A stretch of DNA of 64,000 bases, from IMG/VR virus record IMGVR_UViG_3300045747_000276, positions 161 to 64,160 of that record. The stretch is one strand, 5' to 3'. This DNA comes from a virus (Duplodnaviria > Caudoviricetes). Below, piece by piece: positions 41,112 through 47,582 of this stretch. The notes beneath the pieces were generated by a model. It saw only the letters and a list, made by a program, of their open reading frames with translations, was not told where the DNA came from and ran no database searches. The stretch's first letter is position 1. The number at the start of each line of letters is the position of its first letter. Position numbers and translations under genes: made by a program.

Positions 41112-41873
41112 ATGATGTATAATCAAAAATTTATAGCGACAGTTAAAACAGACGGTAAAGTTCTTAGGGAGTTTAAGGACACAATTTACATACCGTACGG
41201 CAGCGAATATTCTGTATACCTAATGAACATGAATAGTGTTCGAGCAAAAGTCAAGGTATCAATTGATGGTGAGGATGTACTAAATGGTGATGATTTAGTA
41301 ATTGCACCAAACACTTCAATTGAACTAGAGCGGTTTATGGAGACTATGGACAAAGGTCACAAGTTCAAATTCATTGAACGATCATCTGAAATAGAATCGC
41401 ACAGGGGTCTCAGGGCAGAAGATGGTTTGTTGAGGGTAGAATATACCTTTGAGAAAGTATCCGCTCCAATTGTTAATAATTACCCACCCTTTAATTACCC
41501 ACCAGGTGTTCGCGCATTCGGTGTCAATGATTGGGGTAAACCGGTGCTTATGGCACAAACATACGATAGTTATTCACCTAGCAATAGTAGTTTGTTTGTA
41601 TCTGCTTCTGCAAAATCTTTCAGTTCATCAAGTGTGGGTATAACTACTAAAGGTAGTATTTCAACTCAGCAATTTCAGAAAGTTTCAGATTTTACAACCG
41701 ATGGCGTGTCTCATGTTATGGTACTACACCTTCAAGGTGAAAATCAAGGTAAACCGGTAGTCACCCCAATTGATGTTAAGAGGGTACAGAAGTGTGATTG
41801 TTGCGGCAAGGTAAATCCAGTCTCAGCAAAGTTCTGCAATTCGTGTGGAACATCATTAGAAGTGTTAGTGTAA
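41112..41873 (+). CDS. Hypothetical protein (beta-rich N-terminus, C-terminal Zn ribbon)
   Basis: RBS aggag; 'CDCCG...FCNSCG'. Confidence 0.75.
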   Translation: MMYNQKFIATVKTDGKVLREFKDTIYIPYGSEYSVYLMNMNSVRAKVKVSIDGEDVLNGDDLVIAPNTSIELERFMETMDKGHKFKFIERSSEIESHRGLRAEDGLLRVEYTFEKVSAPIVNNYPPFNYPPGVRAFGVNDWGKPVLMAQTYDSYSPSNSSLFVSASAKSFSSSSVGITTKGSISTQQFQKVSDFTTDGVSHVMVLHLQGENQGKPVVTPIDVKRVQKCDCCGKVNPVSAKFCNSCGTSLEVLV

Positions 41874-41962
41874 ATATTTTTAAAATATTTTGATATTTTT
41901 CAGAATTTTGAATATTTCAGGCATATATATTATATAGAAAACAAATTCCAACAGGAAACCAA

Positions 41963-42085
41963 ATGACAAGACTTTTATGTAACATGCAAAAAACAACCCA
42001 GGGTGCAACACGCCCTGAGTGGCATGCTGCAGTACCATTTTATGGTAATGATTCTATTAGTGGGTTGGGGAGTGGGTCTTGTTGA
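41963..42085 (+). CDS. Putative leader peptide (40 aa; not in the ORF track)
   Basis: RBS agga; MTRLLCNMQKTTQGATRPEWHAAVPFYGNDSISGLGSGSC; its end overlaps the antiterminator strand. Confidence 0.6.
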   Translation: MTRLLCNMQKTTQGATRPEWHAAVPFYGNDSISGLGSGSC

Positions 42086-42152
42086 AGGTGTAAAAAGAAG
42101 AAGAAAGAACAAGACCCAACAAGTAGCAATATTTGTTGGGTTTTGTCATTTT
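42073..42152 (+). terminator. Attenuator-like terminator/antiterminator
   Basis: 42073-42083 tgggtcttgtt pairs with 42108-42118 aacaagaccca, which alternatively pairs in the 15-bp stem 42109-42123/42132-42146. Confidence 0.65.
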
Positions 42153-42251
42153 AGTGGTTCAAATCAATGGGTTATGAAAGTGCTTGCAATTTAAGTTGAA
42201 GTCTGTCATAATTGATTTTGTTGTGTTGATTGAAGATGTAAAAATCATCGG

Positions 42252-42280
42252 TTGACATTAAAGATTTTGTATTATACAAT
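42252..42280 (+). promoter_or_regulatory. Sigma70-type promoter ahead of the RNA cluster
   Basis: TTGACA-17-TACAAT. Confidence 0.7.
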
Positions 42281-42309
42281 AAGGTTTGAATAAAAGGTTT
42301 ATATTATGT

Positions 42310-42610
42310 TTCAGCGAAATATGGGTTTGTAGGAAACAAGAGCCCGACAAGAAGTTTCCCCTTATGAGACGCCTCCGGTTTCATATTGAAAGAAGTTAAT
42401 CACACCGTCAGGTGAATGGTAAAATTGTTTGACAAACAACAGTGAGGTGTGGGGATGCAACGAGAGCTGGAAACCACAAGAAAAAGATCAATAGTCGTCC
42501 TGATATTCAGAAATGAATATCGTGATGCTCAAAAAGCATTATCCGGAAAAGCCATCACCAGGATGGATTAAAGGAGGATTTAAAATGAGCCTTGATGCAA
42601 TGTCAGGGCA
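42310..42610 (+). ncRNA. Unidentified multi-hairpin RNA (about 300 nt)
   Basis: No credible ORF; successive hairpins such as gatattca-GAAA-tgaatatc, tatgagac/gtttcata, gccttga/tcagggc. Confidence 0.45.
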
Positions 42611-42711
42611 CATTTTGAAGTGTTTTATTTCATTGCTGAAATTTGATCAGTTAGACAGGGTGCATCAAATAACCTATGTCGTGAATGATAGAATATTTCA
42701 AAATGTAAATT

Positions 42712-42797
42712 GGACGTGTAGGAAAATTGGTAACCCCAGAAGACTGTAAATCTTCCGCCTCACGGCATTGTTGGTTCGACCCCAACCGCGTCCACCA
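42712..42797 (+). tRNA. tRNA-Tyr(GTA)
   Basis: gaaga-CTGTAAA-tcttc; long variable arm; ACCA. Confidence 0.9.
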
Positions 42798-42803
42798 AAC
42801 AAT

Positions 42804-42878
42804 GTCGCATTAGACTTCTAGTGAGGTCATCAGCCTTTCACGCTGACCAGACGGGGGCAGAACCCGTATGCGACTCCA
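42804..42878 (+). tRNA. tRNA-Glu(TTC)
   Basis: tcagc-CTTTCAC-gctga; atypical T-loop GGCAGAA; TCCA. Confidence 0.85.
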
Positions 42879-42889
42879 GACAAATTAAT

Positions 42890-42958
42890 GGGCTTACCGA
42901 ATGGGTCGGGAAAGACACTTGCAATGTCATGCTTGCGGATCGTTACCGCATAGGTCCA
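42890..42958 (+). tRNA. tRNA-Ala(TGC)
   Basis: gaca-CTTGCAA-tgtc; G3.U70 pair; no encoded CCA. Confidence 0.7.
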
Positions 42959-42999
42959 CACAGAGTGAATTTTGCATAAATACATGTAAGGAGGACAAG

Positions 43000-43582
43000 A
43001 TGTTCTATTATTTGTATGAGATAACCAATAAGGTTAATGACAAAATTTACGTAGGGGTGCATAAGACATCAGATTTGAATGATGGTTTATATGGGCTCTG
43101 GAAAGATAATTCAGCATGCAATTGCAAAGCATGGTGTACTGAATTTTTCTAAAGTCATACTAGAGCATTTTGATACATCAGATGCTATGTATGCAAGAGA
43201 AGCAGAATTGGTGAATGCCGAATTCTTAGAAAGAGATGACGTGTATAACCTCCGTAGAGGAGGACATGGCGGGTTTGATTACATTAACAAATATTGTGGT
43301 AATCAGGGTATCCGGATGAATTCACACATGTCTAATGAGACCAGACGCAAGGGTGCATTTAAAATGATTGAAATATGTAAACGTGACGGATTGGGTGTTT
43401 ACTCAGATTCCAGAATAAACATATTTAAAGATAAATCATTCCAAGATGAAATGACAAATAGGGCCAGAATTCATAATATGGGTTCTAAATGGGTCACTAA
43501 TGGTATAGAGAATAGAAAAATAAAGAAAGATGTTTTGATACCTGATGGGTGGAAATTAGGTAGAGTCATTAAGCCGCTGTAG
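43000..43582 (+). pseudogene. Frameshifted GIY-YIG homing endonuclease
   Basis: MFYYLYEITN..YVGVH..DG then YMGSG in another frame (one extra T near 43087); CATAAATA at 42975. Confidence 0.8.
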
Positions 43583-43647
43583 TCCTCGGGGAGGGCAGTT
43601 GATTGTCTATCAATATCAGGTGGGTTCGAGTCCCATCAGCGGCGCCA
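43573..43647 (+). tRNA. tRNA-Asp(GTC)
   Basis: gttga-TTGTCTA-tcaat; GCCA. Confidence 0.85.
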
Positions 43648-43652
43648 ATATT

Positions 43653-43735
43653 AGGATGAATTCAGCAACCAATTAAAATCTGTCTGTGGTTTTCGATTTT
43701 CCACTTAAATAAAAAGTAGGTATTCATCCTGTTAA
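43653..43735 (+). ncRNA. TCAGCAA-box structured RNA, copy 4
   Basis: aggatgaat-TCAGCAA...attcatcct-GTTAA (perfect 9-bp stem). Confidence 0.7.
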
Positions 43736-43860
43736 AATCAATCGGAGTAATTGACCGAAAAGTAAATGTTGATCATCTTGGCTATTTGGGTGATCCATGC
43801 AGTGTTACACAGCTATGAAAAGACGGGGTAAGAATCCTCACGTAAAGTATGCAGAAATAT

Positions 43861-43939
43861 TGACCGTAAGTCGACAAGGTGTTAGGCGCCTCGCTGTTAA
43901 CGAGGAATAAGTTAGGTTCGATTCCTAAACGGTCAGCCA
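43861..43939 (+). tRNA. tRNA-Asn(GTT)
   Basis: cctcg-CTGTTAA-cgagg; GCCA. Confidence 0.88.
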
Positions 43940-43944
43940 ATTAT

Positions 43945-44038
43945 TTCCCAGTTTACCTCACATCGCGCGAGAGGCAATGGAGTCACATATTTTATATGTG
44001 TGCGGACAACATGAGTTCAATTCTCATCTGGGAAGCCA
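43945..44038 (+). ncRNA. Atypical tRNA-like RNA (TTT at anticodon position)
   Basis: Acceptor ttcccag/ctgggaa-GCCA; T-arm atgag-TTCAATT-ctcat; enlarged D region. Confidence 0.65.
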
Positions 44039-44133
44039 ATTTTGTAGTTACAAGGTTATCTGCACCACAATGTTAAGCAGATCTACAAATTATAGTGTAT
44101 TATAGTCAATTATAGTATATTTTAATTTGTATT

Positions 44134-44207
44134 GCCCGGTTAATTAAAAAGTATAATATTCGCCTGATAAGCGAAATTCAGAGGAGCGTTACCTCTACTG
44201 GGTACCA
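44134..44207 (+). tRNA. tRNA-Ile(GAT)
   Basis: ttcgc-CTGATAA-gcgaa; T-loop AGCGTTA; ACCA. Confidence 0.82.
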
Positions 44208-44215
44208 ACGATAAT

Positions 44216-44290
44216 ATCCCCATAGTTCAATGTATAGAATAGAAGTTTCCTAAACTTTAGGTCAGGGTTAGATTCCCTGTGGGGGTTCCA
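44216..44290 (+). tRNA. tRNA-Arg(CCT)
   Basis: gaagt-TTCCTAA-acttt; TCCA. Confidence 0.82.
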
Positions 44291-44295
44291 AATAA

Positions 44296-44355
44296 AGAAT
44301 GCGTTCAGCAAACAAAAAAATTCAACTTTTAATTGAAAAATAAGCATTCTGTTAA
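44296..44355 (+). ncRNA. TCAGCAA-box structured RNA, copy 5 (carries a Lys-UUU anticodon stem-loop mimic)
   Basis: agaatgc.t-TCAGCAA...ttcaa-CTTTTAA-ttgaa...gcattct-GTTAA. Confidence 0.72.
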
Positions 44356-44359
44356 TTTT

Positions 44360-44433
44360 CTCGGTGTGGTGAAATGGTATCACTCTTGGTTTGGGACCAA
44401 GGAGCGAAGGTTCGATTCCTTCTACCGAGACCA
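44360..44433 (+). tRNA. tRNA-Pro(TGG)
   Basis: cttgg-TTTGGGA-ccaag; ACCA. Confidence 0.9.
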
Positions 44434-44560
44434 GTTATGGACGAAAGACGCGAAAGCGGTTTAGTATGTCCACCAAGTTTTGTAGTTTGATCGGTCAGAT
44501 CATGTTAAAGGCGATGCGCATCTTAATGATAATATGTGCAGCCTACTACAGGTTGATTAT

Positions 44561-44631
44561 TGCGGGGATTCAGGGTATCGGCAAGTCTCATAAGCTCGGC
44601 CTAGGTGTTTCGAGTACACCCTCCGCTTCCA
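44561..44631 (+). tRNA. Degenerate initiator-like tRNA-Met(CAT)
   Basis: 1:72 mismatch; CTCATAA loop; weak anticodon stem; TCCA. Confidence 0.6.
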
Positions 44632-44636
44632 ATAAT

Positions 44637-44710
44637 AGTGCATTAGGCTAAAAGAAAACCATGTGTCTCATAAGCACAATTCGATGGAGCGTTACCATCA
44701 TGCACTACCA
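44637..44710 (+). tRNA. tRNA with CAT anticodon (Met or Ile2)
   Basis: tgtgt-CTCATAA-gcaca; ACCA. Confidence 0.82.
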
Positions 44711-44716
44711 AACAAT

Positions 44717-44803
44717 GCGAGTTGTGGTGGAACGGTATACACTCCAGACTTAAAATCTGGCGCCCGTAAGGGATTGAGGGTTCAAGTCCCTCCACTCGTA
44801 CCA
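44717..44803 (+). tRNA. tRNA-Leu(TAA)
   Basis: ccaga-CTTAAAA-tctgg; long variable arm; ACCA. Confidence 0.88.
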
Positions 44804-44809
44804 AATTGT

Positions 44810-44886
44810 GCACCGTTCGTATAACGGCTTATTATACATGGCTCTTAACCATGGAGATCTGGGTTCAAATCCCAGGCGGTGCACCA
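44810..44886 (+). tRNA. tRNA-Lys(CTT)
   Basis: catgg-CTCTTAA-ccatg; ACCA. Confidence 0.9.
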
Positions 44887-44892
44887 AACAAT

Positions 44893-44967
44893 GGCTCGAT
44901 CATATAATGGTCATTATCGCGGATTGTCTATCCGTAGATCGCAGTTCGATTCTGCGTCGGGTCGCCA
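44893..44967 (+). tRNA. tRNA-Asp(GTC)
   Basis: gcgga-TTGTCTA-tccgt; GCCA. Confidence 0.88.
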
Positions 44968-44974
44968 ATATTAT

Positions 44975-45050
44975 TCTTCGATAGCTCAGTTGGTAGAGCC
45001 TTTGACTGTTAATCAAAATGTCCGTGGTTCGAGCCCACGTCGAGGAGCCA
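44975..45050 (+). tRNA. tRNA-Asn(GTT)
   Basis: tttga-CTGTTAA-tcaaa; GCCA. Confidence 0.92.
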
Positions 45051-45076
45051 GAATAACAATAAAAGCAAGAAATTAT

Positions 45077-45150
45077 GCGGGTATGGTATATGGTTTGTGC
45101 CCTAGCCTTCCAAGCTATAGAATCCGGTTAGAGTCCGGATACCCGCTCCA
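45077..45150 (+). tRNA. tRNA-Gly(TCC)
   Basis: tagc-CTTCCAA-gcta; TCCA. Confidence 0.85.
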
Positions 45151-45156
45151 AACAAT

Positions 45157-45231
45157 GCATCCAGAGCCAGTCAGCACAGGCACTCGTCTGCAAAACGAGG
45201 TAATAGAGGGCAGCACTCTATGGGTGTTCCA
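45157..45231 (+). tRNA. tRNA-Cys(GCA)
   Basis: ctcgt-CTGCAAA-acgag; T-loop GGCAGCA; TCCA. Confidence 0.8.
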
Positions 45232-45245
45232 GATAGGTAAATGAT

Positions 45246-45509
45246 ATGACAAAGGATGAACATCTGGGTATCATAAATTCATCGTATCCCAGAATTTACA
45301 AAGCATTGGCGCTTTTCTGGGGTGAACGAGAGTTTATCCCTTATGTTGAAAAGTTACTATCAGATACAAGAGACGGTGATAGGGCAGGGTTCCCATCAAA
45401 TATCGCTGACTCTTTTGTAGAATTGCAGAATATGCACAATAAAGAATTCCCACAATTTGAAACCCAGTGGGGCAATGTGTGGTTAAAAACACATTTTGGA
45501 AAAGTATAA
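45246..45509 (+). CDS. Hypothetical protein within the tRNA cluster
   Basis: 'YPRI...L..FWG...F..Y...LL.DTR.G.R.GFP'. Confidence 0.7.
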   Translation: MTKDEHLGIINSSYPRIYKALALFWGEREFIPYVEKLLSDTRDGDRAGFPSNIADSFVELQNMHNKEFPQFETQWGNVWLKTHFGKV

Positions 45510-45585
45510 GCAACTTTAGCTGATGTGGTCATAGCGGTGTCTTGAAGCGGCATTGAAGTAGGTTCGATTCCTACAGGTTGCACCA
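45510..45585 (+). tRNA. tRNA-Phe(GAA)
   Basis: gtgtc-TTGAAGC-ggcat; ACCA. Confidence 0.82.
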
Positions 45586-45590
45586 AATAT

Positions 45591-45676
45591 AGGTCGGTGG
45601 TGAAATGGTAGCCACACTACGCTTTGAACGTAGCGCCTTAAGTGGCATGGAGGTTCAAGTCCTTCCCGGCCTGCCA
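45591..45676 (+). tRNA. tRNA with TTG (Gln) anticodon on a long-variable-arm body
   Basis: ctacg-CTTTGAA-cgtag; variable arm gcc-ttaagt-ggc; GCCA. Confidence 0.75.
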
Positions 45677-45682
45677 AATAAT

Positions 45683-45756
45683 ATCTCTCTGGTGTAATGG
45701 CAGCACCGCGGTCTCCAAAACCGTCAGTCAAGGTTCGAGTCCTTGGGGGGATGCCA
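45683..45756 (+). tRNA. tRNA-Trp(CCA)
   Basis: gcggt-CTCCAAA-accgt; GCCA. Confidence 0.9.
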
Positions 45757-45763
45757 GTGATAA

Positions 45764-45840
45764 GCGGATGTGACGCAATTGGTAGACGTACTGGTCTTAG
45801 AAACCAGGTCCTGAGAGTTCGAGTCTCTCCATCCGCACCA
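45764..45840 (+). tRNA. tRNA-Leu(TAG), short variable loop
   Basis: ctggt-CTTAGAA-accag; ACCA. Confidence 0.88.
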
Positions 45841-45844
45841 ATAT

Positions 45845-45880
45845 GGAGTTTGTGATGTAATGGTAGCATCAGGGTCTTAA
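45845..45880 (+). pseudogene. 5' half of a disrupted tRNA
   Basis: ggagtttg-tg-gatg-taatggtag-catc D-arm, then breaks off before the endonuclease promoter. Confidence 0.55.
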
Positions 45881-45908
45881 TTTCATAAATAACATATAGG
45901 AGACGAAT

Positions 45909-46577
45909 ATGTTATATTACTTATATGAAATTAGGAATAATATCAATGGCAAAATTTACATTGGTGTTCATAAGTCTAATGATATAGATGATGGTTATAT
46001 GGGATCGGGTGCTCTCATCCAATTAGCTATAAAGAAGTATGGGATTGAAAATTTTACCAAGACTATATTAGAATATTTTGATGATTCCAAATCAATGTTC
46101 TTAAAGGAATATGAGATTGTCGATATTGAGTTTGTATCTCGCAGAGATACATATAATTTGGCGATTGGAGGATGTGGTGGATCTATGTTACAAAACAGAA
46201 GATCATTTTCAGGAAAGCATTCTGATCAATCGAGGAAAAAAATTTCAGATAGCAGTAAAGGAAGAATAGTTGCAGATGCAGCAAAAATAAATATGTCTAG
46301 GCATCATTGGGTAAAGTTGGACCCAGTTGCTCAGAAGGAACACTCCATATATGCTGCCAGAAAATCTGTTGAATCTAGGAAGATGAATAACAATATCTCA
46401 TACAACAAGGTTTCGTGTTCATTGTTGGAACGAAATAAAGAAAATAGAGATTGTGGTATTCCTCATCACAATAGTGGGATTCCAAAGAAAAAGATTGAAT
46501 GTCCCATATGTAATAAGATGGTGGCTATTAACACTGCCAACAGATGGCACTTTGATAACTGTAAAATGAGAACTTAG
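45909..46577 (+). mobile_element. GIY-YIG (SegB-like) homing endonuclease with NUMOD3
   Basis: 'YLYEIRN...YIGVH...DGYMGSG', 'GKHSDQSRKKIS'; CATAAATA at 45884. Confidence 0.88.
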
Positions 46578-46581
46578 AGGT

Positions 46582-46654
46582 GTGGCCTTATCATAAAAGT
46601 AATGACCTAGGCTGTGAACTTAGTTAAGAGGGGGCGGTACCCTCAGGTCACCCC
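46582..46654 (+). tRNA. tRNA-His(GTG)
   Basis: ctagg-CTGTGAA-cttag; C73; no encoded CCA. Confidence 0.8.
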
Positions 46655-46674
46655 TGTAAGTTTTCATTCTCCCC

Positions 46675-46752
46675 AATTGATTATCAGACATATATTGTGT
46701 GTCGGTCTCCGATAAACTTTAATTAGAGATGATATATGTCTGATAATCAATT
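46675..46752. repeat. 21-bp perfect inverted repeat
   Basis: aattgattatcagacatatat / atatatgtctgataatcaatt. Confidence 0.85.
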
Positions 46753-46754
46753 TT

Positions 46755-46829
46755 ATCCCACTAGTGAAATGAATATCACGGAACCCTGCGAAGGTTTAGA
46801 TCCAGGTTTAATTCCTGGGTGGGGTACCA
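46755..46829 (+). tRNA. tRNA-Arg(GCG)
   Basis: gaacc-CTGCGAA-ggttt; ACCA. Confidence 0.8.
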
Positions 46830-46836
46830 AATTAAT

Positions 46837-46912
46837 GCCTGATTGGTGAAACGGATAATCATCATTGTCTTCGAAACAATAGTTGCGGGTTCGATTCCTG
46901 CATTAGGCTCCA
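46837..46912 (+). tRNA. tRNA-Arg(TCG)
   Basis: attgt-CTTCGAA-acaat; TCCA. Confidence 0.85.
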
Positions 46913-46917
46913 GATAT

Positions 46918-46994
46918 GCTGTGTTAGTATAATGGTTTTAGTACAATGGTTTTGTAGTCCATAGACGAGGGTTCGACTCCTTCACACAGCACCA
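46918..46994 (+). tRNA. tRNA-Thr(TGT)
   Basis: atgg-t-TTTGTAG-t-ccat; ACCA. Confidence 0.85.
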
Positions 46995-46999
46995 GATTA

Positions 47000-47073
47000 G
47001 CTCTTTTAGTTCAGAAGTAGAATAGTGCTTTGGTAAAGCACAGATGGTGGAGCATTACCATCAAGGAGCACCA
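47000..47073 (+). tRNA. tRNA-Thr(GGT)
   Basis: gtgct-TTGGTAA-agcac; ACCA. Confidence 0.82.
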
Positions 47074-47079
47074 AACAAT

Positions 47080-47154
47080 GCCTTGTTAACTCAGCGGTAG
47101 AGTGTCTCCCTTACAAGGAGAAGGTCGGCGGTTCGATCCCGTCACAAGGTACCA
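47080..47154 (+). tRNA. tRNA-Val(TAC)
   Basis: tctcc-CTTACAA-ggaga; ACCA. Confidence 0.92.
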
Positions 47155-47160
47155 GATTAT

Positions 47161-47225
47161 GGGAAAGTTCCGAAAGGACGCAGCCTGATAGGTTGATGAC
47201 AGCAAACAAAAATTCTTTCCCGCCA
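47161..47225 (+). ncRNA. T-armless tRNA-like RNA carrying the CAGCAAAC box
   Basis: gggaaag/ctttccc-GCCA; tcc-GAAA-gga; cagc-CTGATAG-gttg; CAGCAAACAAAAA. Confidence 0.6.
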
Positions 47226-47272
47226 ATTACATCCTCTCCCATCCTGATTTTTTGTAAGCAGGAAATTGATTG

Positions 47273-47363
47273 GATTTTATAGTTTAATGGTAGAACAGCG
47301 GATTTATATCCCGTATGCAACAGATAATTGGTTAGTCCAGGTTCGAGTCCTGGTGGGGTACCA
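47273..47363 (+). tRNA. tRNA-Ile(TAT)-like, long variable region, weak acceptor stem
   Basis: gcgg-a-TTTATAT-c-ccgt; ccagg-TTCGAGT-cctgg; ACCA. Confidence 0.6.
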
Positions 47364-47369
47364 AATTAA

Positions 47370-47456
47370 GGATGGTTGTCAGAGTGGTAATGAAGCAGTT
47401 TGCTAAACTGTCGGTTAGAAATAGCCTCATAGGTTCGATCCCTATACCATCCGCCA
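47370..47456 (+). tRNA. tRNA-Ser(GCT)
   Basis: gcagt-TTGCTAA-actgt; long variable arm; GCCA. Confidence 0.9.
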
Positions 47457-47463
47457 CAAATTA

Positions 47464-47538
47464 GCGCCGTTCGTTCAACGGATAGGACAAGACTCTTCTA
47501 AAGTCTATATGGGGGTTCGATTCCCTCACGGCGCACCA
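47464..47538 (+). tRNA. tRNA-Arg(TCT)
   Basis: agact-CTTCTAA-agtct; ACCA. Confidence 0.9.
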
Positions 47539-47582
47539 ATATTGTTTAATTACAATTAAGTTCAGTTAAGTCGATATTGGGT

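Noticed and set aside
42310-42610. RNase P RNA or 6S RNA
   Set aside because: I could not find the GAGGAAAGUCC/P4 signature or a long 6S-like rod.
43729-43735. The CTGTTAA tail of box RNAs equals the tRNA-Asn anticodon loop
   Set aside because: The CT is paired in the closing stem, and other copies read CAGTTAA or CTGATA, so it is not presented as a loop.
43740-43855. Possible additional ncRNA between box copy 4 and tRNA-Asn
   Set aside because: Only short hairpins are visible, with no recognisable motif or closing stem; support is insufficient.
44090-44120. Triple TTATAGT micro-repeat
   Set aside because: Short, AT-rich and low complexity; no functional evidence.
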